Positions 61,936 to 64,000 of a DNA stretch of 64,000 nt are shown here, piece by piece; the first letter of the stretch is position 1, and every line of letters starts with the position of its first letter. The notes beneath the pieces are model-generated. The model was not told the origin of the DNA and searched no databases. It saw only the letters and a program-made list of their open reading frames with translations. Position numbers and translations under genes: made by a program. Source of the stretch: Mobula hypostoma (Eukaryota); NCBI RefSeq assembly GCF_963921235.1, contig NC_086097.1:253086001-253150000 (forward strand). Reading direction: 5' to 3'.

Positions 61936-62489
61936 CAATTCTGGCTGAAACTGGAAAGGCTGGTTATCTGAAATTGCTGAAATCAGAGGTCACCCTTGAG
62001 GGCTGCAATGCACCTGTTCTGAATGTTCAACGATTCAAGGTACATTTGTTGCCAAAGTACGTGTGCAGTGTACAACCTTGAGAGTAGTTTTCCTACAGAG
62101 AGCCACGAAACAAAGCACCATGGAACCCGTTCAAAGAAAACATCAAACGCCCAACACACAAAAAATGAACAAATCACTCAACTGGTGAAAAAACAAACAA
62201 ATGACACAGAATATTAAACATCAAACCACAGAGTCCTTGCAGTGGTCTAGGAATGTTCAGTTCAGTTCAGTACAGTGTCGTTCATTGACTTCAGGCCACA
62301 AAACCAGTCCACCCCAAGCAATAAAAAAGGAGTAACTAGAAACCAGAAACACATCACAACATGAACTACATATCCTCTAAAGACAAGCTCAATCCACAAA
62401 CTACACCGATCAAACCTTGCCCAGGATCCAAGACTCCAGCGCCTTCCTCCAACAGCAACAACAGAGGGAGAAAATGATCGGTCAAAGGC

Positions 62490-62760
62490 AGGCAGATGGA
62501 CATTCGCTGATGTTCTTGGAGTTTATGGTGTGCTTCTTTGGGATGGTGTAAGAGGCAAAGATAGAGGAGTCAGTTTGGAAGTAAGTTGCAAAATTAAAGT
62601 GGCCATCTACGGGAAATTCGGGGTTAGCCTTTTTGATTCCTCGTAAGCAACCGCCCCGACAATGAGGTAGATCTGCTACATTGGAAGCAACGCAAGTGAA
62701 AAGTTTGTTCACCTCAAAGGACTCATGGGGCTCATGAATCATTGGAATCAAAGATGTGAA
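62490..62760 (-). mobile_element. Decayed Penelope GIY-YIG fragment
   Basis: IHEPHESFEVNKLFTC.ASNV...FPVDGHFN resembles IQGPKQSFQVRRHFTC..LPVATHFN of the 40851-42110 ORF. Confidence 0.6.
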
Positions 62761-63061
62761 ATAAATCAAGTACTCCTCCTGTGGATGCCCAGCAGAGTAT
62801 CTGAAACAGAGAACAGTGGAGCCAAACAGCTGACCCAGGGTCAGGGAGGAAGTGGTCTGAGAGGGGAAGATAGTTGTGGTGGTGCCACCGCTCTACCGAT
62901 GACCTGGGTGGTGCGATGGAGATACGTCTCTAACAAAGGAGGTGTAACGTGCTCCTTCCCTCCACTAGCCACCAAGTCATACCTGGGCAAGGTATAGCAC
63001 CTGATTAGCCCCCCCCCCCCGATTACGATCACGTGAAGCCACAGGAGCAGGTGGTGGAAGA

Positions 63062-64000
63062 TCATAAGACCATAAGATATAGGAGCAGAAGTAGGCCATT
63101 CAGCCCATCGAGTCTGCTCCGTCATTCAATCATGGCTGATCCAATTCTTCCGGTCATCTCCACTCCCCTGCTTTCACCCCATACCCTTTGATACCCTGGC
63201 TAATCAAGAACCTGTCTATCTCTGCTTTAAATACACCAAATGACTTGGCCTCCACAGCTGCTTTTGGCAACAAATTCCACAGATTTACCACACTCCACTT
63301 CTCTGTTCTAAATGGACATCATTCGATGCTGAAGTCATGCCCTCTTGTCCTAGACTCCCCTACCATAGGAAATAACTTTGCCATATCTAATCTGTTCAGG
63401 CCTTTTAATATTCAGAATGTTTCTATGAAATCCCCCCTCATTCGCCTGAACTCCAGGGAATACAGCCCAAGAGCTGCCAGACATTCCTCATACAGTAACC
63501 CTTTCATTCCTGGAATCAATCTCGTGAATCTTCTCTGAAACCTCTCCAATGTCAGTATATCCTTTCTAAAATCAGGAGCCCAAAACTGCACACAATACTC
63601 CAAGCGTGGTCTCACGAGTGCCTTATAGAGCCTCAACATCACATCCCTGCTCTTATACTCTATACCTCTAGAAATGAATGCCAACGTTGCATTCGCTTTC
63701 TTCACAACCGACTCAACCTGGAGGTTAACCTTTAGGGTGTCCTGCACAAGGACTACCAAGTCCCTTTGCATCTCTGCATTTTGAATTCTCTCCCCATCTA
63801 AATAATAGTCTGCTTGTTTATTTCTTCCACCAAAGTGCATGACCATACACTTTCCAAAATTGTATTTCATTTGCCACTTCTTTGCCCATTCCCCTAAACT
63901 ATCTAAGTCTCTCTGCAGGCTCTCTGTTTCCTCAACACTACCTGCTCCTCCATCTATCTTTGTATCATCGGCAAATTTAGCCACAAATCCATTAATATCG
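63062..64000 (-). mobile_element. CR1 (C-like) 3' part, runs off the window
   Basis: ORF 63412-63984 KFADDTK..; (ccataaga) tail. Confidence 0.93.

Noticed and set aside
62900..63060. Structured repeat with cacctg..caggtg stem as a twister or HDV ribozyme
   Set aside because: Could not fit either consensus by eye

Overview
This 64 kb window is vertebrate nuclear DNA that is almost entirely nested retrotransposon debris. The mix of dominant CR1 LINEs, V-domain tRNA SINEs, Rex1/Babar, Penelope-like elements and a fish-type Tc1 points to a cartilaginous fish, probably a ray or skate (inference). No host gene exon, RNA gene or CRISPR array could be supported, so this is a gene desert or large intron. 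Content: (1) at least four CR1 subfamilies, including five near-identical young copies, one almost full length with SGNH-esterase ORF1 and APE-RT ORF2; (2) many Rex1/Babar-like fragments, one with an open 443-aa RT frame; (3) an L2 fragment; (4) two head-to-tail R4/Dong-type RLE retrotransposons absent from the ORF track and split by CR1 insertions; (5) three or four solo LTRs, most with target-site duplications (TSDs); (6) a doubly palindromic mariner MITE and Tc1 remnants. The most notable structure is a ~3 kb Penelope-like (Neptune-type) element built as a 1.3 kb inverted repeat, with two open GIY-YIG frames and a minimal hammerhead ribozyme motif near each end. Short non-autonomous derivatives carrying hammerhead remnants are scattered through the window. 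All of these classes are known; I found no clearly new biological system. Boundaries were set by eye and are approximate unless a TSD is quoted.
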